Positions 12,465-25,851 of a stretch of 64,000 bases of DNA are shown in pieces (within the stretch, counting starts at the first letter, position 1; every line of letters starts with the position of its first letter). Under the pieces are notes generated by a model. The model searched no databases. It saw nothing but the letters and a program-made list of their open reading frames with translations, and was not told the origin of the DNA. Source of the stretch: the human T2T-CHM13v2.0 reference genome, Homo sapiens; the NCBI RefSeq assembly GCF_009914755.1, contig NC_060932.1; one strand, written 5' to 3'. A program made the position numbers and the translations under genes.

Positions 12465-12860
12465 TTGTTTTTTATAAGTACTGTGTGTTCATTGTAGAAG
12501 AATTAAAACATGCAAACTAAAAAAGAAAGAATAAAAGCTATCTATTAAATCTACAAGTCAGATAATCATTGATTGCACTTTGTATAAAAATGTCTTTGTG
12601 ACATTTTTTATTTGCATTTATACATAAAAACCCTTTAGTCACTCTAAAATAAATAATAACCATCTCTCTCAATCAACTGTACTTATATAATATAGGCATT
12701 ATCTTTAGTTGTTTGCATATACAATAATTCATTTAACAAATCTATATTTTTAAGTATTTAGATTATTCCACTATTTTTATTATTAAAATGCTGCAATTAT
12801 AATCCCATTTATATAAAACTATTTCCTTCATTCAAATTCTTGTATATAGAATTTTTTTCC
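12465..12860 (-). mobile_element. Old L1ME-type 3' fragment
   Basis: GTTCATTGTAGAAGAATTAAAA...ATTTAGATTATTCCAC; very degenerate. Confidence 0.4.
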
Positions 12861-13629
12861 TGAATCCAAGTTCATTTAAAATCCACCATTAATTTCCACA
12901 TAGAACTTTATTCTAATTTCTCTACTAGAGACTTGTTTCTTTCTCTGCTTCTAAAACGTTACCTGTATACATGCGAACTCACTGTAGCTACCTTTGCAGA
13001 CACGCAGCCCATAAACCTTGTTACTGTTAATGTTTCACTAACATCCAACCTCCAATTCTGTCAAGGTGCTTTTTTCTTTTAAACAATTGTAATTGCCCTA
13101 AAATAAAGTTTTTTTCTATAACTCATTTATTATTCAGACACTAATTGAAATTCTAATATGAGCAAGACATTATTGAAAATAAAGAGAAATTTAGTAACTC
13201 TCCACCCTCGGTCACGACTTACATGATTAGAACACGGGTATAATGTTGGACATTAGCAGGGTTCCTATGAAGGTAGATTTGCTCCTTTGAATATCACTCT
13301 AGTCTCAGAATTAAATTTCCATCATGGTCTCAGTTCTGTATATTACCCTGCCTGTCCTGTGTTGGACATCATGTTCTTACTCCCGAAACCTTTCCCCATT
13401 ACTTGGTTCTAGTAGTTTTCATCCTGGCAGCCCCCAGAGATGCCCTACCTTGCCTAGCCCTCTGGCTGGCTTAGTCCCATTTTGAGCTAGCTTTTACTTC
13501 TTAATCCAGACCACTGTCTCACACTGAGAGATCTCCCACATATCTATATACATACTCCTTGGCTACATGGAACTTAGTTTCTATATTTCTATGCTAAGAA
13601 TTGAAGTCCCAAGCTCTGGTGCAAATTCA

Positions 13630-14000
13630 CACCTTCATTTATTCTTTCAGTATGTATTTACTGGATACCTATACTGTGCTTAGTGCCAGGTGAACAGCAA
13701 AGCAAGGAGAGAAACAGATATGGCTCCTATCCTTGTAGAGAGTGCAGCCTTGAAGGGAAGGGATTCTAGCACCTCTCATTGCAGCACTTCTCCCAGGCAT
13801 TTGTTAACAGAGATACACATGTATCTATCATGCAATGTCAAATGTCATGAAGGGTATAAGCATATGTAACTGAAGAAGTATGGGCGTTCAGGAGGGAGAT
13901 CTCTTCTGAATTGGGGATATCAACAGAGAATCTGATAATGATATTAAAGTTGATCTAGAATAGGTAAGATTCTTAATGGTAGAGTAGGAAAGAACATTTT
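13630..14000 (-). mobile_element. L2 fragment
   Basis: TTCATTTATTC...TATTTACTGGATACCTA...GTGCCAGG...GGCTCCTATCCT, antisense L2 3' end. Confidence 0.55.
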
Positions 14001-14084
14001 CATTATCTCTCTAAGGAGTATTGATGAGAAAAACAAAATGAGAACATCTTTCCTAATTTTAACTCTTCCACTTTCTGGTCATCG

Positions 14085-14230
14085 ATCCTTACTGGCCTGG
14101 TTTTGTCATCCGTAAGTTGGGTGAGTGATACTGCCCCGAAGTTCCACTGCAGAGCTGTGAGATCAAACCAAGATAATGTAATTGGATATATTTTTAAATT
14201 GTTCAGTGATCTACAAGCATAAGGAACATT
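14085..14230 (+). mobile_element. MIR fragment
   Basis: GGCCTGGTTTTGTCATCCGTAAGTTGGG...GTGAGATCAAACCAAGATAATG. Confidence 0.4.
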
Positions 14231-14424
14231 TAAACGTTCAGCGTTAGCATTTTGGGTGTCAAGATATCAAATCATAATTAATAATTCTACCTGAAACTCA
14301 TTTAAAGAAAATTCATCATAGGAAAATACAAAATACTTTCATTGTAAGTTCAGCTATTATTTTGGCAAGTGATCTTTCAAGTTAGATTGAAGTTTTATGG
14401 AGTAATTTCATAAATTATATTACT

Positions 14425-15000
14425 AATTGCAGTAACTCTCATTAATGTATTGAGTACTCTGATAAATACCTTACATCCAACCTTTTTGGCACCACAGGCC
14501 GGTTTTATGCAAGACAGTTTTTCCACAGGTGGGGGCGGTGTGGCAGGGAGGTTTTGGGATGAAGCTGTTCCAACTCAGAAAATCAGGCATTAGTTAGTTT
14601 CTCTTACGGAGCATGCAATCTAGATCCCTCACATCACAGTAGGGTTCATGCTCTTATGAGAACCTAATGGTGGCCTGACAGGAGGTGAGGCTCAGGCAGT
14701 ATTGCTCCCTCACCTGCTGCTTATCTTCTGCTGTGCAGCCTGGGTCCTAACAAGCCTGATTACCTGTTCGTGGACTGGTTAACAGTTCGTGGACTTGGGG
14801 TTGGGGACCCCGGGCTTATATGTATTATCTTATTAAATTCTCATCACAACACAGTCAAAAAGAAACCACAGTCTTTTTATTTTACAGACAAGTATATTGA
14901 GTCTTAGCGAATTTGTGTGACTTGTCCAGTGTCACTTCAATGTTAAGTGATATAACAAGGATTTAAACACAAAATTCTAAAACTCAGCAACCTATAACCA
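14425..15000 (-). mobile_element. MIR split by MER1B
   Basis: TATTGAGTACT on the left; TTTTACAGACAAG...GTGACTTGTCCAGTGTCAC...GGATTTAAAC on the right. Confidence 0.55.
14474..14813 (+). mobile_element. MER1B hAT-Charlie element
   Basis: CCAACCTTTTTGGCACC...TCAGGCATTAG...CTAGATCCCTC...GGGGTTGGGGACCCC. Confidence 0.85.
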
Positions 15001-15169
15001 CAAAAGTACAAATAGTACTCCATCAAATAATTTACTTTTCAATTTTTAAGAGCTACTGTAATGATAATGGTGGTGATAGTTGCAAAGTCAGAAGTTGGGC
15101 TGACTAGACTACAATGTTGAGGCTCAGAAGACCTAGACAGGTAACCCGAGGTCACACTTTACTTTCGTA

Positions 15170-15719
15170 ATCTATTACTGTGTCACAGACCTTTTGCTTG
15201 AGACTTGAAATGGTAGTCTTATTTTGCTCACATTTTTGGTGGTCTGGAATCCAGGAAGAGCCTGCCTGGGTGTCTGTCTCTAATTCACATGGTATCAGCT
15301 AACGCAGCTGGGGCTTGAGGAACCACTTTCAAGAAGGCTTCTTTATGACACATTCCGCACCTCAGTTTCCTTGACCTCTCTTGTTCTCCACATGGTCTCT
15401 CATCCTCCAAGGTTTGTCCACATGGCGTGGGCTTCTCACAGCGTGGCGAGCTCAGAGTATTTGTACTCCTTAGATGGGGACTGACATCCATAAGGCACAA
15501 AGCACGTATGCCAGGCCACTGAAGGCCAATGGCCCAAACTGGCAGGGCATCATTGCCACTATGTTCTATTGATTAGAGCAGTTGCAGTGCCTGCCCAGAT
15601 TCAGAAGCTGGAGACATGGACACCAACTTATGGGGGATTGTGGAAAACTCACATCACAAAAGAAAATGTAGGATAAGAGTTCCTATTAGAGATACCTTTG
15701 AGAAATACAATCTACCACA
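15170..15719 (-). mobile_element. MLT1 (G/H-like) MaLR solo LTR
   Basis: GGGCTTCTCACAGCGTGGC, TGCCCAGATTCAG, terminal AAATACAATCTACCACA. Confidence 0.7.
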
Positions 15720-16522
15720 CAGATTTGATCAGTGGCTGAGGTCAAGTATTTCAAGTATCTAATACCAAGGATTAAATTCTTCATTTTTGCATTACACTGA
15801 AACTTAGACAGCCTAGCAGAACAATGATCAATGGACCTATTTTTAAAAATTCAGCATGACATCAACACATGCCACTGCTGATAAGCTGACATTCACATTT
15901 CCATCAAACTTCTTCAGAAGATGACAGTTTCTGTTCCGCTGAGTACACTGAATTTGCTACTTTTGCCTGCAGTCCTTGCATTCATGCCATGGCTCCACCC
16001 TCTTTTAAATGCATAAACCTAGTGGATTCAGGACTTCAGCAGTTAGGATAGGTACATTTCAGGGGTCAGAGGCTACTTAGAAATGGCATTGTTTTTAATT
16101 TTTAGGACATGCTGCATTCTTCAGCATCTTGGGGCTTAGTCATTGCCAAAATCTGCGTTTGAAAGCAGGGTTTTCTATATAAGAATGAATTCTCCACCAC
16201 ATGATTAAAGTTATACAGTGAACAGAGCTGCAAAATATAACTGGAACAAATTTCAAAATTTTGTTATATATAAACACTACTCATATTGAGAGGTCACTTT
16301 TTAAAAAAAGACTGGAAACTAAAGTAATGACTGTGAAACACACAGTATCTCTGTTCTGCTTGCCTCTTTGAAAGTAGTAAAATAGCTGTGTAACAATGTT
16401 TTTTAAATAGCAATTTATTTCTTGATTCTCAAACCTCTGCCCTCCACAGTACCTATTTCACTTCATGTAAAACCAGAATGCTGTTATTCATAAACTATAA
16501 TGCTTCCCAGATGCCTACCTTG

Positions 16523-16713
16523 TAGGATGTCAGATTTAGCAAACAAAAATACAGGACATCCAATTAAATTTGAACTGCAGATAAACAATGAATAAATTTT
16601 TAATATACGTATGTTCCATGGAATACTTAGTACATACTTACACTAAAATATTCTTTGTTGTTTATCTGATATTTTAGTTCAACTGGACATCCTTATTTAA
16701 TTTGCCAATTCTA
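16523..16713. mobile_element. MER53 palindromic hAT MITE
   Basis: Near-palindromic ~190 bp (CAGATAAACAA...TTGTTTATCTG); 8-bp TSD CTACCTTG / CTACCATG. Confidence 0.85.
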
Positions 16714-16721
16714 CTACCATG

Positions 16722-17150
16722 GTATAGGCCTTGTACTAGGCACTAGGAGTACTACTGTGAGTGAGTAGTGATTACTGCCCTCCAAAGACTTGTAGCTCAG
16801 TGAATTATACATTGTGAAAAGGCAATGACAGAGAAGTGGAAGAGATGCTACAAGAGATGGAAGTAAATGCAGACTGGACAGGTAAGCTAGGCTAGATGAC
16901 AAAGGGCTTGAAACTATGGGCAATAAAGACTACTGAAAAAGTTTATAAGTAGTGAAGGCATAATCAGATTCACCATTTTTGAAGGCACACTTTGGCTGCA
17001 GTCTGGAAGGAGGAGCAAGATTGGACAGGGACACGCATGAGGACCCTGCAGTGATCCAGGAAGAATGTGATGAGGGCCTGAGCTAAGGGAGTAGCAGTGA
17101 AGATAGAAAGGAGTTAATAAATCCAAGCAATATTTAGTAGTTTGGATTTA
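16722..17150 (-). mobile_element. L2 fragment
   Basis: TGTACTAGGCACTAGG...CACTTTGGCTGCAGTCTGGA...GCAGTGATCCAGG...GGCCTGAGCTAAGG. Confidence 0.65.
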
Positions 17151-18424
17151 GGGGTTGCCTAGCTCTTTTAATGTGTAGATTCAGGTCTTTTATATCCATA
17201 AAGCTTTCTTGGATTATAGTTTTAAGTATTAGACCTGTTGGTTGTAATTTTTTTCACCTTTGGGAACTCCAGTTGTACTAAATACTCTTGTGCATTTTTC
17301 TTTATCTGTCACTAATTTTTGGATCCTTTGTACCTGTTTATTTCTTATTTTACTTCAAATCATTTTCTTTCCTCTCTTCAATGTATTTTAAAAAATATTT
17401 TAAGTCTAATTTATGTTTCTATTAATTTTCTCCGTGGTAAATGATTTTCAGCATTTTCTCATGTAGTTATTGTTCTTTGTATATCTTCCTTTGTGACTTG
17501 TCTTTTGCCCTTTTTAAAAAAATGTGTTGTCTTTTTATTAAAGTTTAATAATCTTTATATGTTCTGAATGCAAGTTTTTTGTAGGACATATGTATTGCAA
17601 ATATATTCTCTAAGGCTATTGATTGTCTACTCATTTTCTTAATAGGGTCCTTTGATGAGCAGATTTTAATATTGATGAAATAAAATTTATAATTTTTTTT
17701 CTTTTATGGTTGGTTCTTTCTGTGTCTTATCAAAGAAATGTTTCCTAGTCAAAGGTTACAAAAAATGTTTGAAATGTTCACTGTTTTAGCTTTTGTATTT
17801 GGGACTATGGTGCACCTTGAATTAAATTTTTTGTTTAAGTGGATTTTTGGTTGAAGTTCATTTTTTTCCCCACATGGATACTCAGTTTTTGCAGCAATAT
17901 TTGTGGAAAAGGTTTCACCATTTGAGTTGTTTTGGCATTTTTGTTGAAAATTCAGTTGAGTATATACATGTGGGTCTCTTTCTAGACTCTCTTCCTTTAA
18001 TCTATCTGTATTTCTTACACTCATACTCTCTCAGTAGTATAGCTTTACAGTTAATTCCTCCAACTTTGTTCTTATTTTTCAAGATTGTTTCAGCTAGTCT
18101 AAATACTTTGAAATTTCATGTAACTTTTAGAATTATCTTATTTCAACACAAAGCCTGTTGGATTTTGATTGATTTGAATCTACAGGTAAAGTTAGGGAGA
18201 ATATCTTAGCAATATTATTGCTTAACCATAAACATAGTATATCTCTCAATTTATTTTGGCTTCCTTTAATTTACCTCAATTATTTATAGTTTTTATTTTA
18301 GAGGTCTTATATATATTTTAAATGTTCATAAGTATTTTATGTGTTTATGCTTTTTAAATATATATTTTAACATTTTAACAATTTTTGTTGCTTATGTATA
18401 AAAATATAACTGATTTATTTTTAA

Positions 18425-18555
18425 ATCTCAGTTCTTTATTTGTAAAATGATAATGATAACTTACAAGATTGTAATAAGAATCCAAATGCATGATCTACAT
18501 AAAGGACTTAGTGTTAAACACTGAACTAGGAGAAAGTGTTCAACAAATGGCATTA
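18425..18555 (+). mobile_element. MIR 3' half
   Basis: TCTCAGTTCTTTATTTGTAAAATG...AGTGTTCAACAAATGG. Confidence 0.65.
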
Positions 18556-18774
18556 TGGAAATAGAAGAACAGAATAGAAGATCTGCATTTTAAAAAATAT
18601 ATAGATATGTTCTTTAATATACGCATGTTAATTAATTTTATTCCAAACCCTTGAGGCTTAATTTAAATGAACCCTAGTGAAAAGTATAATAACACTTACA
18701 AGCTTAACAAAATAAGAAGTTTGAACTGAACAAGAAAAAAGATTAGATTTTTGTTTATTGTTTTTCAAATTCTT

Positions 18775-19818
18775 CTTTTATTTTTAAAATTTTAATTTTA
18801 ATTTTAGATTCAGGGGGTGCATGTGCAGGTTTGTTACAAGGGTATATTGTGTGATGCTAAGGTTTGAGCTTCAGTTGATCCTATCACCCAGATAGTAAAC
18901 ATAGTATCAAATAGGAAGTTTTGCAGCTCTTGACCCTTTTCCTCTTTCCATCCTCACCAACATGTTATCTTTTGGCTTTTTAATGATAGCCATTCTGACT
19001 GATGTGGGATGGTATCTCACTGTGGTTTTGATCTGCATCTCTATGATGATTAGTGATGCTGACCATTTTTTCATATGTTTATTGGACACTTGTATGTCTT
19101 CTTTGGGGGTTATTTGTTTTATTCTTGACTTAAGTTCCTTGTACATTCTGGATATGAGCCCTTTGTTAGACGCATAGTTCGCAAATATTTCCTCTCATTC
19201 TGTATGTTATCTGTTTATTCTTTTGCTGTGCAGAAGCTCTTTAGTTTAATTAGGTTCCACATGTCAAGTTTTGTTTTTGTTGCAATTGCTTTTAAAGACT
19301 TAGTCATAAATTCTTTGCCAGGCCGATGTCCAGAATAGTGTTTCCTAGGTTTTCTTCTAGGATTTTTATAGTGTGAGGTTTTATATTTTAGTCTTTAATC
19401 TTTCTTGAGTTAATTTTGATATATAGTGAGGGATAAGTGTACAGTTTCATTCTTTTGCATATGATTAGCCAATTCCCCCAGCATCATTTATTGAATAGGG
19501 AGTTTTTTCCCCATTGCTTATTTTTGTTGATTTTGTCAAAGATCAGTTAGGTGTAGGTGTGCAGCTTTATTTCTAGATTCTCTAATCTTTTCCATTAGTC
19601 CATGTGTCTATTTTTGTCCCAGTACCATGCTGTTTTGGTTACTGTAGCCTTGAAATATACTTGAAGTCAGATAATGTGATGCCTGTGGTTTTGTTCATTT
19701 TGATTAGGATTGCTTTGGCTATTTGTGCTCTTTTTTGATTCCATATGAATTTTAGAATATTTTTTCTAATTCTGTGAAAAATGACATTGGTAATTTGATA
19801 GGGATAGCATTGATTCTG
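18775..19818 (-). mobile_element. 5'-truncated L1PA16/L1PB-type LINE-1 with an internal deletion near 18945
   Basis: TTAGATTCAGGGGGTGCATGTGCAGG 3'UTR; ORF2 C-terminal peptide ([21 protein letters not shown]). Confidence 0.85.
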
Positions 19819-19988
19819 TATCCTGTGGATTTACTAAATTCATTTATTAACTCCCATTGTTGTTTTGTAGATGCCTTTGGACCTTCTAAATTGAGTATCA
19901 TTTTATCTTAAAATAAAGAGAGTTTTATTTCTTTCTTTTCAATTTATATATATATATTTTTTCTTGCCTTATTTCATGGTTAGTTCTT

Positions 19989-20501
19989 TGTTGGGAACAG
20001 GCCCCCCAAAATCTGGCCATAAACTGGCCCCAAAACTAGCCATAAAAAAAATCTCTGCAGCACTGTGACATGTTCATGATGGCCATAATGCCCACACTGG
20101 AAGGTTGTGGGTTTACCAGAATGAGGGCAAGGAACAGCTGGCCCACTCAAGGTGGAAAACCACTTGAAGGCATTCTTAAACCACAAACAATAGCATAAGC
20201 GATCTGTGCCTTAAGGACGTGCTCCTGCTGCAGTTAACTAGCCCAATCTATTCCTTTAATTCAGCCCATCCCTTTGTTTCCCATAAGGGATACTTTTAGT
20301 TAATTCAATATCTATAGAAACATGGCTAATGACTGGCTTGCTGTTAATAAATATGTGGGTAAATCTCTGTTCAAGGTTCCCAGCTCTGAAGGCTGTGAGA
20401 CCCCAGATTTCCCCTTTCACACCTCTATATTTCTGTGTGTGTGTCTTTAATTCCTCTAGCGCCACTGGGTTAGGGTCTCCCTGACTGAGCTGGTCTTGGC
20501 A
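19989..20501 (+). mobile_element. MER9 solo LTR (HERV-K HML-3 / HERVK9)
   Basis: TGTTGGGAACAGGCCCCCCAAAATCTGGCC...GGTCTTGGCA, 513 bp, internal AATAAA, perfect 6-bp TSD GTTCTT (19983-19988 / 20502-20507). Confidence 0.9.
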
Positions 20502-21019
20502 GTTCTTGTTGTACAGGTTAGTACAATGTTGAATATAAGTGGTAAGAATTCGGGGTAAAATGTTCAGTCTTTTACCATTAAATATACTGTTAGCTGCAAA
20601 TTTTTGTAGATGCCCTTGGTCAGATTGATAAGCTTTCTTTTCATTTTAGTTTTCTGAGATTTTAAACAATCATAAATAGGTATTGAATTATGTCCAGCGA
20701 TTTTTTTGGATCTAGTAAAATGACCATATAATTTTTGTTTTGTTCTGTTAATGTGGTGAATTACATTGTTTAACTTTACAACATGAGACCAATCCTGGGA
20801 TAAAAAATCCTTAGTCTTGATGTGTTAAACTTTTTACATATTTCTTGATTTGATTTGCTAATATTTTATGATTCAGGGATTATTTATAAATGTGCCACTT
20901 GATTGCTAAACATTTGGAACTTCTTGTTTTTTTCTTTAGTTTTTTCAGTTTTTTATTCTGTATTTAGAAGCTCTATTATTAATCTGTATGCACATAATAA
21001 ATTTTGCATTTAAAAAAAT

Positions 21020-22422
21020 AAGTGGCCAAATAGTAAACAATTTAGGTTTTGGGTGTCATACTGTCTCTGTCACAACCCACATCTGTCTTTGTAGCTCTAA
21101 AGTAGACAAAAACAATATGTAATCAAATAAGGATGGCTGCATTCATAAAACTTCATTTAAAACAGAAACAGGTACAACAATTAACTCAAGATGGATTAAA
21201 GACAGAAATGTAAAACCTAGAACCATAAAAACCCTAGAAGAAAACTTAGGCAATACCGTTTAGGACATAGGCATGGGCAAAGACTTCATGACTAATTCAC
21301 CAAAAGCAATGGCAACAAAAGCCAAAATTGACAAATGGGATCTAATTAAACTAAAGCGCTTCTGCACGGCAAAAGACACTAGCATCAGAGTGAACAGGCA
21401 AACTACAGAATGGGAGAAAATTTTTGCAATCTACCCTTCTGACAAAGGCCTAATATCCAGAATCTACAAGGAACTTAAACAAATTTACAAGAAAAAAATA
21501 CACAACCCCATCAAAAAAGTGGGCAAAGGATATGAACAGACACTTCTCAAAAGAAGACATTTATGTGGCCAACAAACATATGAAAAAAAGCTCATCATAA
21601 CTGGTCATTAGAAAAATGCAAATTAAACCACAGTGAGATACCATCTCATGCCAGTTAGAATGGCAATCAATTGAAAAGTCTGGAAACAACAGATGCTGGA
21701 GAGGATGTGGAGAACTAGGAACACTTTTACACTGTTGGTGGGAGTGTAAATTACTTCAGCCATTGTGGAAGACAGTGTGGTGATTCCTCAAGGATCCAGA
21801 ACTAGAAATACCATTCGATCCAGGAGTCCCATTACTGGGTATATACCCAGGGATTATAAATCATTCTACTATAAAGACACATGCATACATATGTTTATTG
21901 CAGCACTATTTACAATAGCAAAGACTTGGAACCCACCCAAATGCCCATCAATGATAGACTGGATAAAGAAAATGTGGCACGTATACACCATGGAATACTA
22001 TACAGCCATAAAAAAGAATGCGTTCATATCCTTTGCAGGGACATGGATGAAACTAGAAACCATCATTCTCAGCAAACTAACACAGGAACACAAAACCAAA
22101 CACCGCATGTTCTCCTCATAAGTGAGAGTTGAACAATGAGAACACATGGACACAGGAAGGGGAACATCACACACCAGGGCCTGTCAGGGTGTGGGGGGAA
22201 AGGGGAGGGAGAGCATTAAGACAAACACCTAATGCATGTGGGACTTAAAACCTAGATGACAGGTTGATGAGTGCAGCAAACCACCATGGCACATGTATAC
22301 CTATGTAAGAAACCTGCACGTTCTGCACATGTATCCCAGAACTTAAAGTAAAATATAAAAAATGAAAGAAACAGGTAGCAGGCCAGATTTGGTTCACAGA
22401 CTGTTATTTGCTCATTCGTGAA
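21020..22422 (-). mobile_element. MER58 split by an L1
   Basis: GGCCAAATAGTAAAC...ATAAAACTTCATTT on the left; GCAGGCCAGATTTGG on the right. Confidence 0.7.
21175..22366 (+). mobile_element. 5'-truncated L1PA7/8-type LINE-1
   Basis: ORF2 C-terminus (MGKDFMT..., DWIKKMWH), 3'UTR, A-rich tail; TSD AGAAACAGGTA (21164-21174 / 22367-22377). Confidence 0.9.
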
Positions 22423-25184
22423 ACAGAATTGATATGTCTTTTAATGAATAAACTTTTTGTCATTATGTAATGGTGATGTCTCTGGTGGTACTCTTTTCTT
22501 GACATCTACATTGCCTTATTAATATAAATACTTCTTTCTCATTCTTACTATTTTCATATTTTTTCTTTTAATATATTTATGTATTTACATTTAATGCATT
22601 TCTTTCTAAATAGCATACAGTTGGGCATTGCTTTTTTTCCACTCTAATACTCTCTGTTTTTTAATTGGAGTATCTAGTTCATTGCCTTTTATGTGATTAT
22701 CAGTATGGTTGGGTTTAAAACAATCATTTTGCTTCTTGTTTCCTATTTGTTCTATCTTTTCTTGAGACTCCACTATTTCCTTCTACCTTCTTTTTGACTA
22801 GTCAATTTTTTTATATTTCATTTTACCTCCTCTTTTAAATTTTTATCTGTAACTCTTTTATTTTTAGTGATTTCTTTAGTTATTTTAATATGTATCCTTA
22901 ACTTATCACAGTCTATTTTAAATTAATATTACAGCACTTCCTTATAAGGTAAGAATCTTCCAAACTATACTATGATTTATACACTTGTACTTTGTGCTAT
23001 TATTGTCATCCATTTGACTTTTACAGATAATTTAAACCACACGATATATTGTTATTACTTGTGATTTAAACAATCTGTGTTTGTGTCTGAAATGTCACTA
23101 TCTGGATGATCTGAGCATCTGTTATATTGTCTGTTGTTTTTCTTGGTTTCCATCCCGTAGTTTTGTCTCCCTGTGTGCCTGATCTTTTAAATTTCATGCC
23201 AGTTGTTGGTATTTGAAAAATTATAGAGGTAATTTGAAGTCTAAAGTAAACTTCATCTCAAATAATATTTGCATTTGTTTCTGGCAGATTGTTGGAACAA
23301 AAGCAATACCAGCTTACCTTAATCCACTCAGGAACAGAGGTGATTCAAAACTGAATGTCAGTCCTTGTGAGGGCTGGACTACATCAGTTTACCCTCAGTC
23401 CTTAGGTGGAGGTCTCGTCCTAAAATTTGGAGATTTGTAGGGCCCTCCCTCTCCTTGGAAGCCTCTACATTCTAGTTTGCACCCTCCTAAGCTCACAGTG
23501 CTGTTGAAAGCTCAGTTTAGCTTCCCAGCCTCTGAAACTTCTCTTGTAGAATTAGCTACTGTCTCTGCAGAAAAGTAGTCCAAATATCAGGCTTGCCTCT
23601 CTGGGTTTTCTTCTCTGTGCTTTTGTTTGGTATTCATTTCTTCCTTTGTAGCTCACCAATATTCTCATATTTTTAAAAACATTGTTTATCAAACTTTTCT
23701 AGTTGTTCTTGGCAGTAGAATTGGTTCAGATCAACCAGTTGACCAAGCTGAATACATTTTTTCATAATTCCTAAATTTGTTTATGTATCTCCCCAGGATT
23801 ATATTTATAATTAATTTTATATCTGGCTGGGCTTTTAGTAATATTAGTTATGAAAAACTTTTTTTATTGTGAATTGTGTTACATTTAGAAAAACTCATAC
23901 AAAATCTAGACACAACTAATTATTGTAAAGTGAATATTCAATGTAACTACCACAAAGGTCAAGACTTTTAATTTCAAGCAAAAATTATCTGACTTTAGGA
24001 AGTTTATAGATACTCTCCAACAATGATGGTCGTAACACAGTGGAATATAGCAACCTTAATTACAATGATAGGCACATAGAAACTAAAGATTCCAAGGCTA
24101 CTTACAAAGAAATGATAACTTTATCTCAATAAATTTTATTAATTCCAAGTAGAAGGTATATTTCTTAGAGTGGGAGCAAAATAAGAATATTCAGAAACCA
24201 GTTCACTGACCAAGGCTTAAAATAAACGCACATTGTGTATAATTCAAAGATGTGGGAAATTGATTATGTTGTTCACAACACTTTTCTCACCAGGATTAGG
24301 ATATAAAGGATTGAATATCACAATTTGGAGCATTTCAATTTGTGAATAGTAATTAAATTTATTTATTAATTACATACACTTTGAAAGTTAATGTTTCTTA
24401 CAAATCACATAAGTATAGAAAGGATAAATTGATGAGACTATCTGGTACAAAAGAAAATAGTGGTAGAAAATAAAACAAGCTAAGGTTAGTATACCAAAAT
24501 CTTTATCATAAGTTTATGTAGTATTTTTAGAGGTGAGCTACACATTGGACTCTGAATTTCTTTTAGTGACAAAGCAAAGAGGGAAAAACAATCAGTTTCA
24601 AGATTCACAGTACTACAAAAGATTGTTTGAAGATTCACAAACAAACCAATTGTTCAGGAGATGCACAGCTGTTCCTGGTACTGGTATCTGATAAAAATTT
24701 CTGCTAGGAGCCCTTATCCTGAAGCTACTTAGATGAATATACAAACTAGAATGGACTGATTTATTTTTAACCAAACGACAAGACACATTAGATGTGGTAT
24801 AGAAAATAAGTTGCTAAAATGGACTGGACAATCACATGAATATGAGTAAACTAGTTGTGAATATGAACAAGAAAGATACTAAAGACATGTCCAACCAATA
24901 GAGAGTTAAATCAGAGGAGAATTTATACCTTATCTAGAGGTCTGAGATAAATGTTTTCCTCTGCCACTTCCCTACAAACAGCTGCTCTACTAAAGGGTGT
25001 TTGATTTCAGTGGACTATTTTAAAGTAGAAACAAGGAGAATCAATGTGAAAAGGGTGTACTATGGTTCTGAAGAGTTATGACTTTCCAAAATTCATCTCA
25101 AATTAAGGTGTAAACAAAACATAAAGTCACCTCTGGGACCCAGTAAGTGCTCAATGAGGAAATTCTAGGACTAAAAATGCATTC

Positions 25185-25520
25185 TATTACATTAAAAATT
25201 ACTGGCTGGGCTTAACAGCAGGGTACAGGAGAAAGAGTCCATCAACTACTAGAAATTATCCAATCAGAAGAATAAAGAGAGAAAGATTGAGAAAATATCA
25301 GCATTGCCTCAGAGACATGTGGGAAAATATCTAAAGTTCTATTATACGTAAAATAGTTCTAGAATTAAAAGAGGGAAATGCTAGAGCATAAAGGTTATTT
25401 GACAAAATAATGCCCAAGTTAGTTCTGCTTCTCTTTAGGATCTAGAAAGTCACAAAAGAACATGAACCCCATTGTAACAATAAGTAAAACTGGATAATCT
25501 ACAAAATCATAACTTTTCTT
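25185..25520 (+). mobile_element. Old L1M ORF1/5' fragments
   Basis: TAGAAATTATCCAATCAGAAGAA...GCCTCAGAGACATGTGGGA, ORF1-like. Confidence 0.4.
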
Positions 25521-25851
25521 GCTTACTACCAAGCATGATTCATACTATTACTGAATCAATATAACCGAAATTTTGTGGGGTACATTGAAGCAACATTTGT
25601 GAAAGGGGTAAAATCATCCCCATTCCTGTAGAAGGGATCTTTGCCATAGAAACTCTGACACTAGAATTTCTTCAGGCACAGTAGCTGACCATAGGGCTAA
25701 CTGTTGTCCTATCAGGGTAGTTGAGAAATAGCAGATTAACTTTATTACAGCTCAGTCTCCTCTGTTTTGACCTTCAGGAGTTGGGAAATTGGGCATATCT
25801 TTGTTATTAAGTACATCAAGAAAATTAAATAATTCTTTGGGTCCAGTTGTA

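Larger units (their letters stand above)
17540..23720 (-). mobile_element. Fragmented old L1M (L1MC-like), host to later insertions
   Basis: Collinear degenerate antisense ORF2 (17540-18420, 19819-19988, 20508-21000), inter-ORF/5' pieces (22425-23720). Confidence 0.6.

Noticed and set aside
16590-16650. miR-1302 gene
   Set aside because: Both arms differ from the miR-1302 seed as I recall it; reported only as MER53.
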